Shown in pieces: positions 1 through 9,953 of a stretch of 64,000 bases of DNA; position 1 is the first letter of the stretch, and each line of letters starts with the position of its first letter. The notes beneath the pieces are model-generated. The model was not told the DNA's origin, did no database searches, and saw only the letters and a list, made by a program, of their open reading frames with translations. The position numbers and the translations under genes are program-made. This DNA is from Candidatus Heimdallarchaeota archaeon (GTDB lineage: Archaea; Asgardarchaeota; Heimdallarchaeia; Heimdallarchaeales; Heimdallarchaeaceae). The stretch is from the NCBI GenBank assembly GCA_019057815.1, contig JAHLWR010000021.1:1-64000 (forward strand), in the 5' to 3' direction.

Positions 1-360
1 GTTCATTTAATCTTGTACATCCTTCTAATGGTCTTAGATCAATAGAAGATAATTGGTTATAATCCAGACGAAGATAACATAATTCTGCACATCTTGTTAA
101 TGGTTTTAAATCTACATTTTTTAATCGGTTATTATAAAGGTAGAGTTCATTTAATCTTGTACATCCTTCTAATGGTCTTAGATCAATAGAAGATAATTGA
201 TTAGAATTAAGACTGAGATACCATAATTCTACACTCTTTGCTAATGGGCTTAAATCTATAGTCTCCAATTGGTTTTCGGAAAGATCGATCCACTTTAATT
301 TTTTGCACTCTTCTAATGGGCTTAAATCTATAGTCTCCAATTGGTTTTCGGAAAGATCGA
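1..360. repeat. Coding tandem repeats of the LRR gene
   Basis: 1-55 is identical to 145-199; 241-288 is identical to 313-360. Confidence 0.95.
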
Positions 361-442
361 GTTGCTCTAATTCTGTACAATTTTCTATTCTTTCTGTGAA
401 CTCCTTTCCATCGATTGTCTTTCCTGTTATTATTGCACTCAT
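1..442 (-). CDS. Leucine-rich repeat protein, 24-aa LRR units; runs off the window start
   Basis: Manual translation from ATG 442: MSAIITGKTIDGKEFTERIENCTELEQLDLSENQLETIDLSPLEECKKLKWIDLSENQLETIDLSPLAKSVELWYLSLNSNQLSSIDLRPLEGCTRLNELYLYNNRLKNVDLKPL...; LxxLxLxxNxL motif at a 72-bp period. Not in the ORF track. Confidence 0.9.
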   Translation of the reverse strand, partial: MSAIITGKTIDGKEFTERIENCTELEQLDLSENQLETIDLSPLEECKKLKWIDLSENQLETIDLSPLAKSVELWYLSLNSNQLSSIDLRPLEGCTRLNELYLYNNRLKNVDLKPLTRCAELCYLRLDYNQLSSIDLRPLEGCTRLNE

Positions 443-829
443 TCAACCATCCTTCTTTTTCTTTTCTGCTTTCTATTCATGTTCTTGTTAAGATAATCCT
501 TGCTAATTATATTGAAAAACCAAATAAAAACATAATGTTATTGTTACCAGTGTTACTCGTTATAACTATCTGTTCTGTTTCTTTATCGCATTTTCATCAT
601 TTTTATGTGAAACTATGGTGTCTAAATATCGTTCTTCAATATTTCCTTTGCTATGTCAATTGAGGCGTGAAATCTTTTTCCCTACCCCTTCCTACCTTCT
701 ATTCTACTTATCTTCTCTTTACATATTCCTTATAGTGAAATGATCTTTCCCTATTTAGACAATCGAGTTTTGTTACTCTTTACTTGTGAAGAGACAATAA
801 TGCCAAAGAATGACTTAAAAATTTAAAAA

Positions 830-976
830 CTACTCCCTTTTATATGGCTCCATACCTATGGTCATCAGGTATCCTGACTGAAATTTCCCATGTATAAATC
901 TCTGCACTAGTGATGTTTTTCCTACTGCTCCATCTCCTAGTAGTAGCATTTTGAAAGTATATTTGTAGCTTACCAT
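830..976 (-). pseudogene. Truncated Rab/Ras-like small GTPase (G1 and switch I only, 48 aa)
   Basis: MVSYKYTFKMLLLGDGAVGKTSLVQRFIHGKFQSGYLMTIGMEPYKRE*; P-loop GDGAVGKTS and YxxTIG. No WDxxG or NKxD seen downstream. Confidence 0.8.
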
Positions 977-1389
977 TTTTTCTTCCTACTGAGTTCTTAT
1001 CTTGCATTAGTTCTTTATTGTTTATTAGTTTTTCTTTGCTTTCTGTTCTTTTCAACTTTTTTCCGTCAGTTTTCTTTTGATGGAGTTAATCATTCAATTA
1101 ACATAAGTATAATTTACAGATGAATTAGCATAAACAATAGCTAATATGATGAAAATAACCTTTCCTAATACTAACAGTTACTGAAGATTGACGTTCTAAG
1201 AGCTCTTCCATCACGAAACAGTCCTCATGTAATTTGTGTATTTTTTTGAATATAAGAAGATACTAGAACAGATGCTTTTACTTTGAATTGGTTTATAAAC
1301 ATCGAAAAATATTTTGGTTAGGATTATTATTGGAAGAATCTATTGCATAAAATATATATCTAATAGAGAGTTTAATTAAGTGTGGTTTC

Positions 1390-2631
1390 ATGAAAATGAA
1401 AACAATATTAGTTCTACTAATACTGACTTTGTCAATCTACGCATCGAATATCAATGTACAAATAATTGCTGAAGAGAATAATTGTCGACCTACTCCGTTA
1501 GAGTTGACTCCTTATGATCCAATATTCATTACTTCTGATAGTGGTCTGGAAGTTTTTCCAGGCTCAGGAACATCAGAGGATCCTTATGTTATTGAAGGAT
1601 ATAACATTACAACAACAGATATTAGCGGTATTTATATTACTTATACAACAAAATATTTTGTTATTCGTAACTGTTATGTTGACGCTAAATACAGTGGTAT
1701 TTGTATTGGTAATGTAGCTGATGGTACAACATCTGTCATCAACAACACTTGTAACAACAACGACTGGGGTATCAGGATTCAGTCTTCTGTTAGTTCTACT
1801 GTTGCAAACAACACTTTTACTAATTGTGGTTTATATATAAGCGAAGATACCATTGAGGCTTACCTATTGTATACTGTCGAGAATAATTGGGTGAATGGCA
1901 AAAAACTAGGTTTTTACACTAACCTTGACTCTATGATAGTTGCTGAACCAATTTATGGTCAATTAATATTAGTCAATTGTACTAATGTTACAGTACGTGA
2001 CCAAATATTAAATAGCGCTACAAATGGTCTATTTCTCTACTCCTGTACTTATTCAGTTATTATTAATAACACTTGTAACAACAATAGCTTCAGAGGCATC
2101 GTGCTTTTCTCTTCTGTTAGTTCTACTGTTTCCAACAACATTTGTAGCAATAATAACGACTTGGGTATCTTTCTTTATTTTTCTGTTAGTTCTACTGTTT
2201 CCAACAACACTTGCAGTAATAACAACTATGGCATCTATCTTCACTCTTCTGATTTTTGTTTCGTTACTTACAATCTTCTACAAGGAAATGAAGGCTATGG
2301 AATATACTTATTTTCTCGTTCTGATAATCTTATTCACCATAATACCTTTATAGAAAATAATCTAGGAGGAACTTCACAAGCTTGTGATGATGGAGCTAAC
2401 AACACTTGGCATGACTCTACAACACATGAAGGAAACTATTGGTCAGATTGGTCAGGAACAGGTTCTTATTCCCTTGATGGCTCTGCAGGTTCAGAAGATC
2501 TCTATCCTCTCAATGAACCCGCTGAATATTCTACAGATGAAAACCAATTAAACTTCACATTTACTCTCATAATGTTAGTATTTCCCTTAATACTCACAAG
2601 GACAATCTCAAAGAAGGCAAAGAAAGAATAG
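1390..2631 (+). CDS. Secreted parallel beta-helix (NosD/CASH-like) surface protein with C-terminal anchor
   Basis: Signal peptide, GSGTSEDPYVIE motif, NNTCxNN repeats, GNYWSDW, C-terminal TM with basic tail. Confidence 0.85.
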   Translation: MKMKTILVLLILTLSIYASNINVQIIAEENNCRPTPLELTPYDPIFITSDSGLEVFPGSGTSEDPYVIEGYNITTTDISGIYITYTTKYFVIRNCYVDAKYSGICIGNVADGTTSVINNTCNNNDWGIRIQSSVSSTVANNTFTNCGLYISEDTIEAYLLYTVENNWVNGKKLGFYTNLDSMIVAEPIYGQLILVNCTNVTVRDQILNSATNGLFLYSCTYSVIINNTCNNNSFRGIVLFSSVSSTVSNNICSNNNDLGIFLYFSVSSTVSNNTCSNNNYGIYLHSSDFCFVTYNLLQGNEGYGIYLFSRSDNLIHHNTFIENNLGGTSQACDDGANNTWHDSTTHEGNYWSDWSGTGSYSLDGSAGSEDLYPLNEPAEYSTDENQLNFTFTLIMLVFPLILTRTISKKAKKE

Positions 2632-3090
2632 AGCAGCTGTCAGAAACTGCATAGAAAAGAAGTAATAACAAGAGCAAAACCTTCAACACTTCCTTTTTTT
2701 ATATCTTTTATATATGAGACAATAGATATGTAAATGACCTAAACCTAAAGTCTGCTACCTATCTTTTACTCTTAACCCAATAATTAAAGAACTATGATTT
2801 GTGGTAAGTATACCGAGAGTTATTGGGAAAGAAGAGTTAGATCGGAAAGAAAAAGAAGTTTTGGTAAGTGGAAACCGGTTCAGATGAATTTTACAAGCCC
2901 TTTAATATTGATAAAACTTTAACTGGGATAGAAATTCTTGGAGAACCAACAAAAAATGGATGCTAAACGATAACATGGATAGAATTCGGAATAAACATAA
3001 TTGAGATAAATATTGATTCTCAAATTCTATTATCCCTTTTTAGTAAATTTATTAATTACAAAAAAGAAATAAAATATTGCTTTTGTGCAA

Positions 3091-4323
3091 TTAAGTAGTT
3101 ACCAATGGACCATTATTATATACTCCACACTGACCATTCTTGATTCTTTCTTCGATTCTAAATATTACACTATTTAATATCCAATCTTCATCATTTCGCC
3201 AATCCGAATCAATAGTATTAAAGTTATCAACGTAGAAGTGGTAATATATTCCTCTTCTACCAAAGAAATCTAATGAGTACAATTTGTAATCTGAGTAGGT
3301 TGACCAAATTAAGTAGTTGAAATTCGCATCATAGTATGCTGGTAGTTTTATGTTTAGAGCTACTGCATTATCAAGAACATTTATTGATATATTAAACGGT
3401 GGATTCTCTTCTTTAACTAAATAATATAGCTGGGCACCTTCTTTAGAAGATATATTATCAATAAAAAAAGTTCTATGCACGTAACTTTCATAAAATCTTC
3501 GTTCAAAATTCCATCTCGGAGCATATATAATATTCTCTTTTACAAAATTATATTGTTTACCGAAAGCTACCTTAATGGCATCATCAGAACGATTCGCAAA
3601 GAAACTCTCCAAATATGTGAGAAAAGGTTGTGGTAAGTAGTCATTCGCATCTTGAGGTGGGTTTGTTATAAAACCTTTATACCTTTCTATTAATTCTGCT
3701 TGAGGAGTTCTTACATTTCTTCCTATGTCCCGAATAAGAATCAACTGTAATGGTGTAATATTCTCTAGGTTTAAAGGAGTTTTTCTTCTTGGAAACCTTG
3801 TTGGTTTTTCAAGTCTTTTACTGATGAAGTTACCGATATCAAAAGGTTTCGGATCTTGTGTATGACCTGGAGCTGGTTCTGGATTCTCATGACGGTAACC
3901 TAAGGATCTATACGTTGAATATTCCTCACATATTTCTTGTTCAACTAAATAATCAAAGAATTTGAAGAGGAGACCATTACATTTCTGTGGTACGTCAAAC
4001 AAAGCATAACAACCAAAACTTTCTCCGTAAAATTGATTATAGTGACGAGTGTAAGGATGTTCTCTAAAAGCTACTTGTAAATTCGTCATTTGAGCTATAT
4101 TAGCTACTTTAAAGATAGCATGATAACGAGTAAGTGATAGGGTTTCTGGAGTGAATGTTGCAGTAGCTTTTTTTGTTATATTTCTTTCACAAAGTGAGTT
4201 GAACTTTCGTATAAACATCTGCTTAGACATACCTATTCTCTTTGCTAATGAAGAAAATGAATCAAGCGGATGGTTATTCAATGCATTCAATATTTTTCTT
4301 TCTAATAAGTTTAGACTATCCAT
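3091..4323 (-). CDS. Lrp/AsnC-like winged-HTH protein with a probable duplicated HTH-RAM unit
   Basis: N-terminal LERKILNALNNHPLDSFSSLAKRIGMS; second unit LQLILIRDIGRNVRTPQAELIE. Confidence 0.7.
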   Translation of the reverse strand: MDSLNLLERKILNALNNHPLDSFSSLAKRIGMSKQMFIRKFNSLCERNITKKATATFTPETLSLTRYHAIFKVANIAQMTNLQVAFREHPYTRHYNQFYGESFGCYALFDVPQKCNGLLFKFFDYLVEQEICEEYSTYRSLGYRHENPEPAPGHTQDPKPFDIGNFISKRLEKPTRFPRRKTPLNLENITPLQLILIRDIGRNVRTPQAELIERYKGFITNPPQDANDYLPQPFLTYLESFFANRSDDAIKVAFGKQYNFVKENIIYAPRWNFERRFYESYVHRTFFIDNISSKEGAQLYYLVKEENPPFNISINVLDNAVALNIKLPAYYDANFNYLIWSTYSDYKLYSLDFFGRRGIYYHFYVDNFNTIDSDWRNDEDWILNSVIFRIEERIKNGQCGVYNNGPLVTT

Positions 4324-4369
4324 TTTTTTCCCCTTTTAAATATTTGATTTTTCGAACAAACACCTGTTA

Positions 4370-4656
4370 AACATTAGGGAAACCGCCAGATGTTGCTCTG
4401 ATGGCTTCCCTAACGTTCTCTTGAGTGGGTGTTCATTAGACGATTCATGTCTAACCGTGATATTTTTTAAAAAATCCTAAAGCATATCCCCAATATACTT
4501 CTTGGATTCTTCTCGGATGGGTGTTAATCAGACGATTCTGATTAATATTAGTTTATGAAGCAAGATTCCCTCTAGGGATATTTTTCCCCCGATACTCCTA
4601 GAGGTAATTTGCTTTTTGAGTGGGTGTTCATTAGACGATTCTGTCTAATCGCGATA
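4370..4656 (-). repeat. Three-unit tandem array of structured repeats (putative ncRNA or leader)
   Basis: Conserved TGGGTGTT-AT-AGACGATTC core starting at 4426, 4518 and 4621, each adjacent to a 40-57-nt hairpin; G-U pairs form on the minus strand. Confidence 0.75.
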
Positions 4657-4661
4657 CTGGT

Positions 4662-5120
4662 TCAAGGAGATACAGAAACTGAAATTGGTGTATCTGGTTC
4701 TTCTTCTCCTGGTGGATCAAATAGTAAAGAATCACTATAATAGTCAAATTCTCCTATTCTGAAAATATATGCTTTGAGATTGAATATATAATCACCATTT
4801 TCAGGAGCACCGTTTATGAAACTGAATTTGAAAATTTCACCAGCTGTTACTGCACAGTAAAGATAATAACTTCTAAATACATATCCAGATGGCAAAACAA
4901 GCGAAAATAGTAATAATATTCGCGTATATTCCTCTCCTTTCAAATATATACTAGCCTCTGCATAAACGTCGTCTTCAATATTATCTCCGTCGAGATCTGT
5001 GTAATAAGCTGTTATAATTGAAAGTCCAGGTTTTTGAGCTACAGCACTCATAGTTGAACTCATTAACAGTGATAGTAGTATCCCACTTAATATAATACAT
5101 AATTTAAATTTTCTTTTCAT
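4662..5120 (-). CDS. Small secreted beta-rich protein with a DxDxD Ca-binding-like motif
   Basis: Signal peptide; DLDGDNIEDD. Confidence 0.7.
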   Translation of the reverse strand: MKRKFKLCIILSGILLSLLMSSTMSAVAQKPGLSIITAYYTDLDGDNIEDDVYAEASIYLKGEEYTRILLLFSLVLPSGYVFRSYYLYCAVTAGEIFKFSFINGAPENGDYIFNLKAYIFRIGEFDYYSDSLLFDPPGEEEPDTPISVSVSP

Positions 5121-5337
5121 CTAGAACTCACCTAAACCCAAATGTTCTTTGGTAAGTTTATTATGTATCAAAATATATAAAGCTTTTGGAACAAAGTAAT
5201 GGTAAGTCCAAAATTCGCCGGTTATACCGACTATAATAGCATAATTGTGTAATAAGTGTGCAACATTCATCTAAAATTAGAGCAATTTTTATTTTTAAAA
5301 AGGTTAAAGAAAAAAATTCTTTACACTAACCTATTCT

Positions 5338-6720
5338 TTAAAGATTCTTTAGAATTTCATCTATTCCATGTTCAATTCCTTGAAGATGCATGAAACCTCT
5401 GACAGTTTCTCTATATGTTATTTCCCCTGCTACAGGAGTTTGCATCAATCTTTCTACTTCATTAATGTCTCTTGTATGACCTAACACCCATATCAATTTG
5501 GTATAAGCTGCGGAAGGCAACATATTTCCTCCTTCAATCACTCCTCTGGCAAGCATATCTCTTCCCGTTTCATAAACTCGAAGTTGAATAAAACCAGTTA
5601 ATGGTTCAACAACCATTACAACAGGTATTTCTTCTTCTTGGCATCTTTCAAGAGCAGGGTAGACATCTGTACCTACATGACCTAACCCTGTTCCAATGAA
5701 AACTACTCCATGGTAACCCATGTCAACCATAGAATCAAGCATATCGGGATTTTGGCCTGGGTAAAAATATAATATCCCTACACGGTCATCAATTTTAACA
5801 TCCAGTTGAAAGTCTTCTACGGGTGTTCTTGGTTTTACATCCTTCTTAAACCAAGTTACACCTTCGTCATCTATTTTTCCGAGAGGTATATCACTCAGTG
5901 TTCTAAAAGTGTCTCTTCGTGATGAGTGCATTTTTCTACAACGAGTAGCACGATGAATTAGATTATAACTGTCACTTGTTCCACCGTGCATATTGATTAC
6001 AACTTCGGCAAAATTCTCATACCCTGCAAGTTGGGCAGAATATAGAATATTTCTAGCCCCATCTGATGAAGGTCGATCAGAGCTTCTTTGACTACCCACT
6101 AAAACAACTGGAACAGGTAAGTTTCTCAAGAAATAGGCTAAAGCAGCTCCTGTTACACACATGGTATCTGTTCCATGACCTATTATTACTCCATCTGCAC
6201 CGCTTTCAATTTCTTTTGCTATTGATTCTGCTGTCTTTACCCAATAATCAGGACGGAAATTTTCACTTAAAATTTCATAAAGTGTCTTGGGGGTTAGATT
6301 TACTATTGAAGATAGCTCTGGAACTGCAGAAAAAAGTTCTTCTGGTGTGAATGCAGGGATTACAGCTCCTGTTCTGTAATCCAATCTAGAAGCTACAGTA
6401 CCACCTGTGCCGAGAAGTGTTACATTAGGTAATTCTTCTTTAAATTCAACATCAATGTGAGGTAGTTTGTAATTTCCTTTTTGATATCCTATTTCTTCAA
6501 TTATAGTCGCATCATTAACTAATATTCCCAAATTGTAGCCTGTATCAACTTTTAGAGTAATATAATCATCATCTGTGTGTACGCTTCTAGGGAGTAGAAG
6601 ACCTTCATAGGTTGCGTTATCTTTTTTTACTTTTACTTTGCTCCATGTGCGGATATTTTCGCGTATTAATCTTTCTCTAAGTTCTCCTCTATATCCTTCA
6701 GGATCGTTGTTTTGGCTCAT
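5338..6720 (-). CDS. gatD: Glu-tRNA(Gln) amidotransferase subunit D
   Basis: TGGTVASRLDYRTGAV, HGTDTM, GSQRSSDRPSSD, RKMHSSRRDTF. Confidence 0.97.
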   Translation of the reverse strand: MSQNNDPEGYRGELRERLIRENIRTWSKVKVKKDNATYEGLLLPRSVHTDDDYITLKVDTGYNLGILVNDATIIEEIGYQKGNYKLPHIDVEFKEELPNVTLLGTGGTVASRLDYRTGAVIPAFTPEELFSAVPELSSIVNLTPKTLYEILSENFRPDYWVKTAESIAKEIESGADGVIIGHGTDTMCVTGAALAYFLRNLPVPVVLVGSQRSSDRPSSDGARNILYSAQLAGYENFAEVVINMHGGTSDSYNLIHRATRCRKMHSSRRDTFRTLSDIPLGKIDDEGVTWFKKDVKPRTPVEDFQLDVKIDDRVGILYFYPGQNPDMLDSMVDMGYHGVVFIGTGLGHVGTDVYPALERCQEEEIPVVMVVEPLTGFIQLRVYETGRDMLARGVIEGGNMLPSAAYTKLIWVLGHTRDINEVERLMQTPVAGEITYRETVRGFMHLQGIEHGIDEILKNL

Positions 6721-8668
6721 TTATACTACCTCGCTTTATTAAATCAATTACTTTTTCTGCAATATATTTCCCTTCCCGTGAGTAGTTGCTTTTTTCTAAA
6801 ACAAAACCAGTTATCTTAGTTACAGCTATTTTTTGGTTTATTTCATCAATTTTTAAAGATTCCAAATTATACTTGCTTAGAAATGAAAGTATAAATTCTT
6901 CTATTTCTTCATCTGAATGTTTAACCGATTTGATTTCATCTAAAATCTCTTCAAAAGATTTTTCAGGATTTTCAGCTGTTTTGTTAAGAACATTATTAAT
7001 TTGTTGTGCAATTAGAATCTTTTCCGATATTGCATTACCAATCTTTTCTAGCAGTTCATTAGACACTTCTAATCCTTTTCTTCTCCATTCTCTTGGAATA
7101 TTAATAAGAAGTCTATATGCGAGATGACCATTTATTCCCCGATTTTCAGTTAAAGAGTAAAATCTCTTTAGTTGCTCATCTCTAATTAGAAGATCAACTT
7201 TATTTTGAGTAAAATTGTATTTACTATTCAAATCATCGAAAACCTCCCATGGTCTTTTTCCTACCATTTTCTTGTATTCATTTATTTTTTCAAGGGAGAT
7301 TACAATTGGTGGTGTATCAGTATCAGGGTAAATTCTTTCCTTACCATGAATAACTCGTAGAAATTCCGTATTTCCATCTGGTAAGAGCCTTCTGGTCTCT
7401 TGAGGAACTCCATCTAGTGCCATCTTTACCCTTTCAACTATCTTCTTTAAAGCATGAATAGCTTTTCTCTCTGGTCCAGCAGTAATAATAAAAACATCAT
7501 TTGATTTAGGTTTTAGAATCGAACAGATTTGTTGGTATTTTTCATCATTGATATTAAAACTAGAAGGGTATTTTGAGCGTTTTCTTACTGCATTAGCTTC
7601 TAGTTCATCACTGTGAAATTGATTTTCTCGGTGTATTCCAGATATTAACATACTCTTATCAAAAATGTCAAGTCCAAAATCTTTGTTAGGTTGAACTTCA
7701 ACACCAAAGAGACCTTTCATATTAGGGAATACTGTTGCGAAGACCTTCTTCTCTCCAAACTCGAAAAGATGAGAAATATCAATATAGGTATGTTGAAAGT
7801 CTTCTTTCTTGATTCCTCTTTTGTGCATTTCATCCTTTATTTCTATAAGAGCGTGCTGACGCACGACTTCATGCCTACAAAACTTGTCAAACAATTTAAG
7901 ATCTTGAACACCTTTAATCTCAACACGATCACCTCCAGAAATGCTAATGTTAACGTCTTGACGAGCTGATCCTGAACCTCTACGACCTATACCGCTGAGT
8001 CGAAGAACACGTCCAATCTGCTTAGCTACCTCTAATAAATCTTCAGGAGTATTAATATCAAGGTGATCTGTAATAATTTCAGTTAAAGGAAAACCTAAGC
8101 GATCAAGATTAAAATAGACGGTTCTACTTGCTGTATCAGTCCAATTAACTCTTCTAGCAGCATCTTCTTCAATATATACATTAGAAATGCGAACCTTTCT
8201 ATCGTTAGCTAAAGGAACCCAACCATCACGACCAGAAATAAAGGTACGTTGGAAACCTGTAGTAATAGAACCATCAAGGTATTGCTTCCGATTAACTACC
8301 AATTCTTCAGCAAAAGCAGTACAATTAAAGTAAGCAGCAAGAATATAACCTTTCATAATAGCTTCTGGATCAGGACTGAAAGGCGGTGTTTCATCCATCT
8401 CATAAGTGCAAGTATTATGTTCACAAGCATAATAAATGACTTTGTAACCCTTCTCAAATTCAACTAACATACCAGGATCAAAATCGCCCATTTCTCCTAG
8501 TACGGGTCGGAAGTATCTGTAGAAACTATAATCCATATTTTCTGGGTCATCTTCTAAAATTAGTGGGCAATGGCAGAAAAGTTTTCTCTTCGATTTTATC
8601 TGATGGTGAACTTCAATTCCTGCTTGAAATCCTAGTTTTTCGAAGTTGAGGTTATTTGGGTCTAACAT
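6698..8668 (-). CDS. gatE: Glu-tRNA(Gln) amidotransferase subunit E (ATG 8668 preferred over 8779)
   Basis: GIEVHHQI, KLFCHCP, DGSITTGFQRT, LDRLGFPLTEI, RQDVNISI, GVPQETR, RIYPDTDTPP; overlaps gatD. Confidence 0.96.
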   Translation of the reverse strand: MLDPNNLNFEKLGFQAGIEVHHQIKSKRKLFCHCPLILEDDPENMDYSFYRYFRPVLGEMGDFDPGMLVEFEKGYKVIYYACEHNTCTYEMDETPPFSPDPEAIMKGYILAAYFNCTAFAEELVVNRKQYLDGSITTGFQRTFISGRDGWVPLANDRKVRISNVYIEEDAARRVNWTDTASRTVYFNLDRLGFPLTEIITDHLDINTPEDLLEVAKQIGRVLRLSGIGRRGSGSARQDVNISISGGDRVEIKGVQDLKLFDKFCRHEVVRQHALIEIKDEMHKRGIKKEDFQHTYIDISHLFEFGEKKVFATVFPNMKGLFGVEVQPNKDFGLDIFDKSMLISGIHRENQFHSDELEANAVRKRSKYPSSFNINDEKYQQICSILKPKSNDVFIITAGPERKAIHALKKIVERVKMALDGVPQETRRLLPDGNTEFLRVIHGKERIYPDTDTPPIVISLEKINEYKKMVGKRPWEVFDDLNSKYNFTQNKVDLLIRDEQLKRFYSLTENRGINGHLAYRLLINIPREWRRKGLEVSNELLEKIGNAISEKILIAQQINNVLNKTAENPEKSFEEILDEIKSVKHSDEEIEEFILSFLSKYNLESLKIDEINQKIAVTKITGFVLEKSNYSREGKYIAEKVIDLIKRGSINEPKQRS

Positions 8669-8899
8669 TTGACATTCAGACAGATAATAAAACATGTTAA
8701 AAACTTTCTTTCTTTGACAAAGAAAGAGAAAGTAGTTGATATTTACAGTTGAAATAACAGTGTAATTTAAGATTTTCAATCACGTATGGTGTGTGAGTTT
8801 TTACTCCTTCTTTCACAACTAGAGCAGGTTTAAAGCAGCATTTTTCAATGTCAAACTATTAGAAAATAATATAAGGAATAAAACTATATTATTAAACTA

Positions 8900-9904
8900 A
8901 TGAATTCTGGGGTAAAAGATTCTTTAATAAAACTTGGAACCGATGAAACAATTAATATCTTACATATTGATGATGATGATGGGTTCCTAGAACTTACACA
9001 GGCTTATTTAGCACATATAGGAGAATCGAACTTCAAACTCGATAGTATTTCTGATCCAGAACAAGTATCTAACAAAGTAAAAAATGCAGAATATGATATC
9101 ATTGTTTCTGATTACAAAATGCCTATAATTGATGGTCTCGAGTTATTCAACAAGTTAAAAGAGCAAGGAAGCGCTATTCCATTTATACTCTTTACAGGGC
9201 ATAGTAGAGAGGAAATAGCAATTAAAGCACTGAATTTAGGTGTAGATTATTACATTACTAAAGGAATCGATGTAAAAAGTCAATACAAGGAGTTATCACA
9301 TATAATAAAAACAATTGCAAAACATAAGAATGCAGAGAGGAAGTTGCGAAGATCAGAGGAATTACTAAGAACTGTAATTGATAATATACCCCAAATAATT
9401 TTCTGGAAGAATAGGGATTCTGTATATTTAGGATGTAATAAAAACTTTGCACAAGTTTCAGGAGTAGGTACACCTGATTTGATAGTCGGGAAGACAGATT
9501 TTGATTTATCATGGAAAAACTCTGAATCATATACTTGTAGAGAATATGATCGTAACGTAATGGAAAGTGACACTCCTCAGTATCATGTTTTAGAAGAACT
9601 AAGACAGCCTGACGGAACAGATGCATTTTTTGATACTAATAAGATTCCTTTACGTGATGAAAAGGAGAATATCATTGGATTACTTGGTACATATGAAAAT
9701 ATTACAAAAAGAAAAGAATCGGAAGATGCTTTGAAAAAACAGAAAGAGGAGTTAGCAGAATATGTTGATTCTATGAAACGTGATTTATGTGTAAGTTTGA
9801 AAGAAATGGAAGGTCATATTGACATTTTCAAAGAAGAAAAAAATGAAAATTATTTAAATAAAGTAGTTAAAACCATAAATAACCTGAAAAAAATACTCAA
9901 ATGA
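8900..9904 (+). CDS. Receiver + PAS/PAC protein with a degenerate HisKA-like tail
   Basis: [23 protein letters not shown]; [12 protein letters not shown]...IVGKTDFDL...ENITKRK. Confidence 0.85.
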   Translation: MNSGVKDSLIKLGTDETINILHIDDDDGFLELTQAYLAHIGESNFKLDSISDPEQVSNKVKNAEYDIIVSDYKMPIIDGLELFNKLKEQGSAIPFILFTGHSREEIAIKALNLGVDYYITKGIDVKSQYKELSHIIKTIAKHKNAERKLRRSEELLRTVIDNIPQIIFWKNRDSVYLGCNKNFAQVSGVGTPDLIVGKTDFDLSWKNSESYTCREYDRNVMESDTPQYHVLEELRQPDGTDAFFDTNKIPLRDEKENIIGLLGTYENITKRKESEDALKKQKEELAEYVDSMKRDLCVSLKEMEGHIDIFKEEKNENYLNKVVKTINNLKKILK

Positions 9905-9953
9905 TGTTCAAAAATTCTCAATAAATCAATCAAAACCTTTTAGAAGGCTTTTT

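Noticed and set aside
1-360. Possible CRISPR array
   Set aside because: The 72-bp period is in frame and encodes LRR units.
207-663. ORF-track entries 207-446, 303-491 and 415-663
   Set aside because: Alternative-frame or antisense shadows of the LRR gene and AT-rich intergenic DNA.
840-1055. 71-aa ORF
   Set aside because: The overlapping frame 830-976 carries the clear GTPase motifs.
1785-2200. Three copies of TCTGTTAGTTCTACTGTT
   Set aside because: Ordinary coding repeats of beta-helix rungs.
2797-2813. 17-bp match to the reverse complement of 63705-63721, containing a U1-like ATACTTACC; TGGTAAGT also occurs near 2862, 5150 and 5200
   Set aside because: A rough estimate for an AT-rich 64-kb window makes a match of this length plausible by chance, and there is no supporting structure.
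4421-4656. CRISPR, SECIS/TGA read-through, or fluoride-riboswitch interpretation
   Set aside because: The spacers are self-complementary and partly homologous, there are no cas genes, read-through gives a short featureless tail, and the 5' consensus of the fluoride aptamer is absent.
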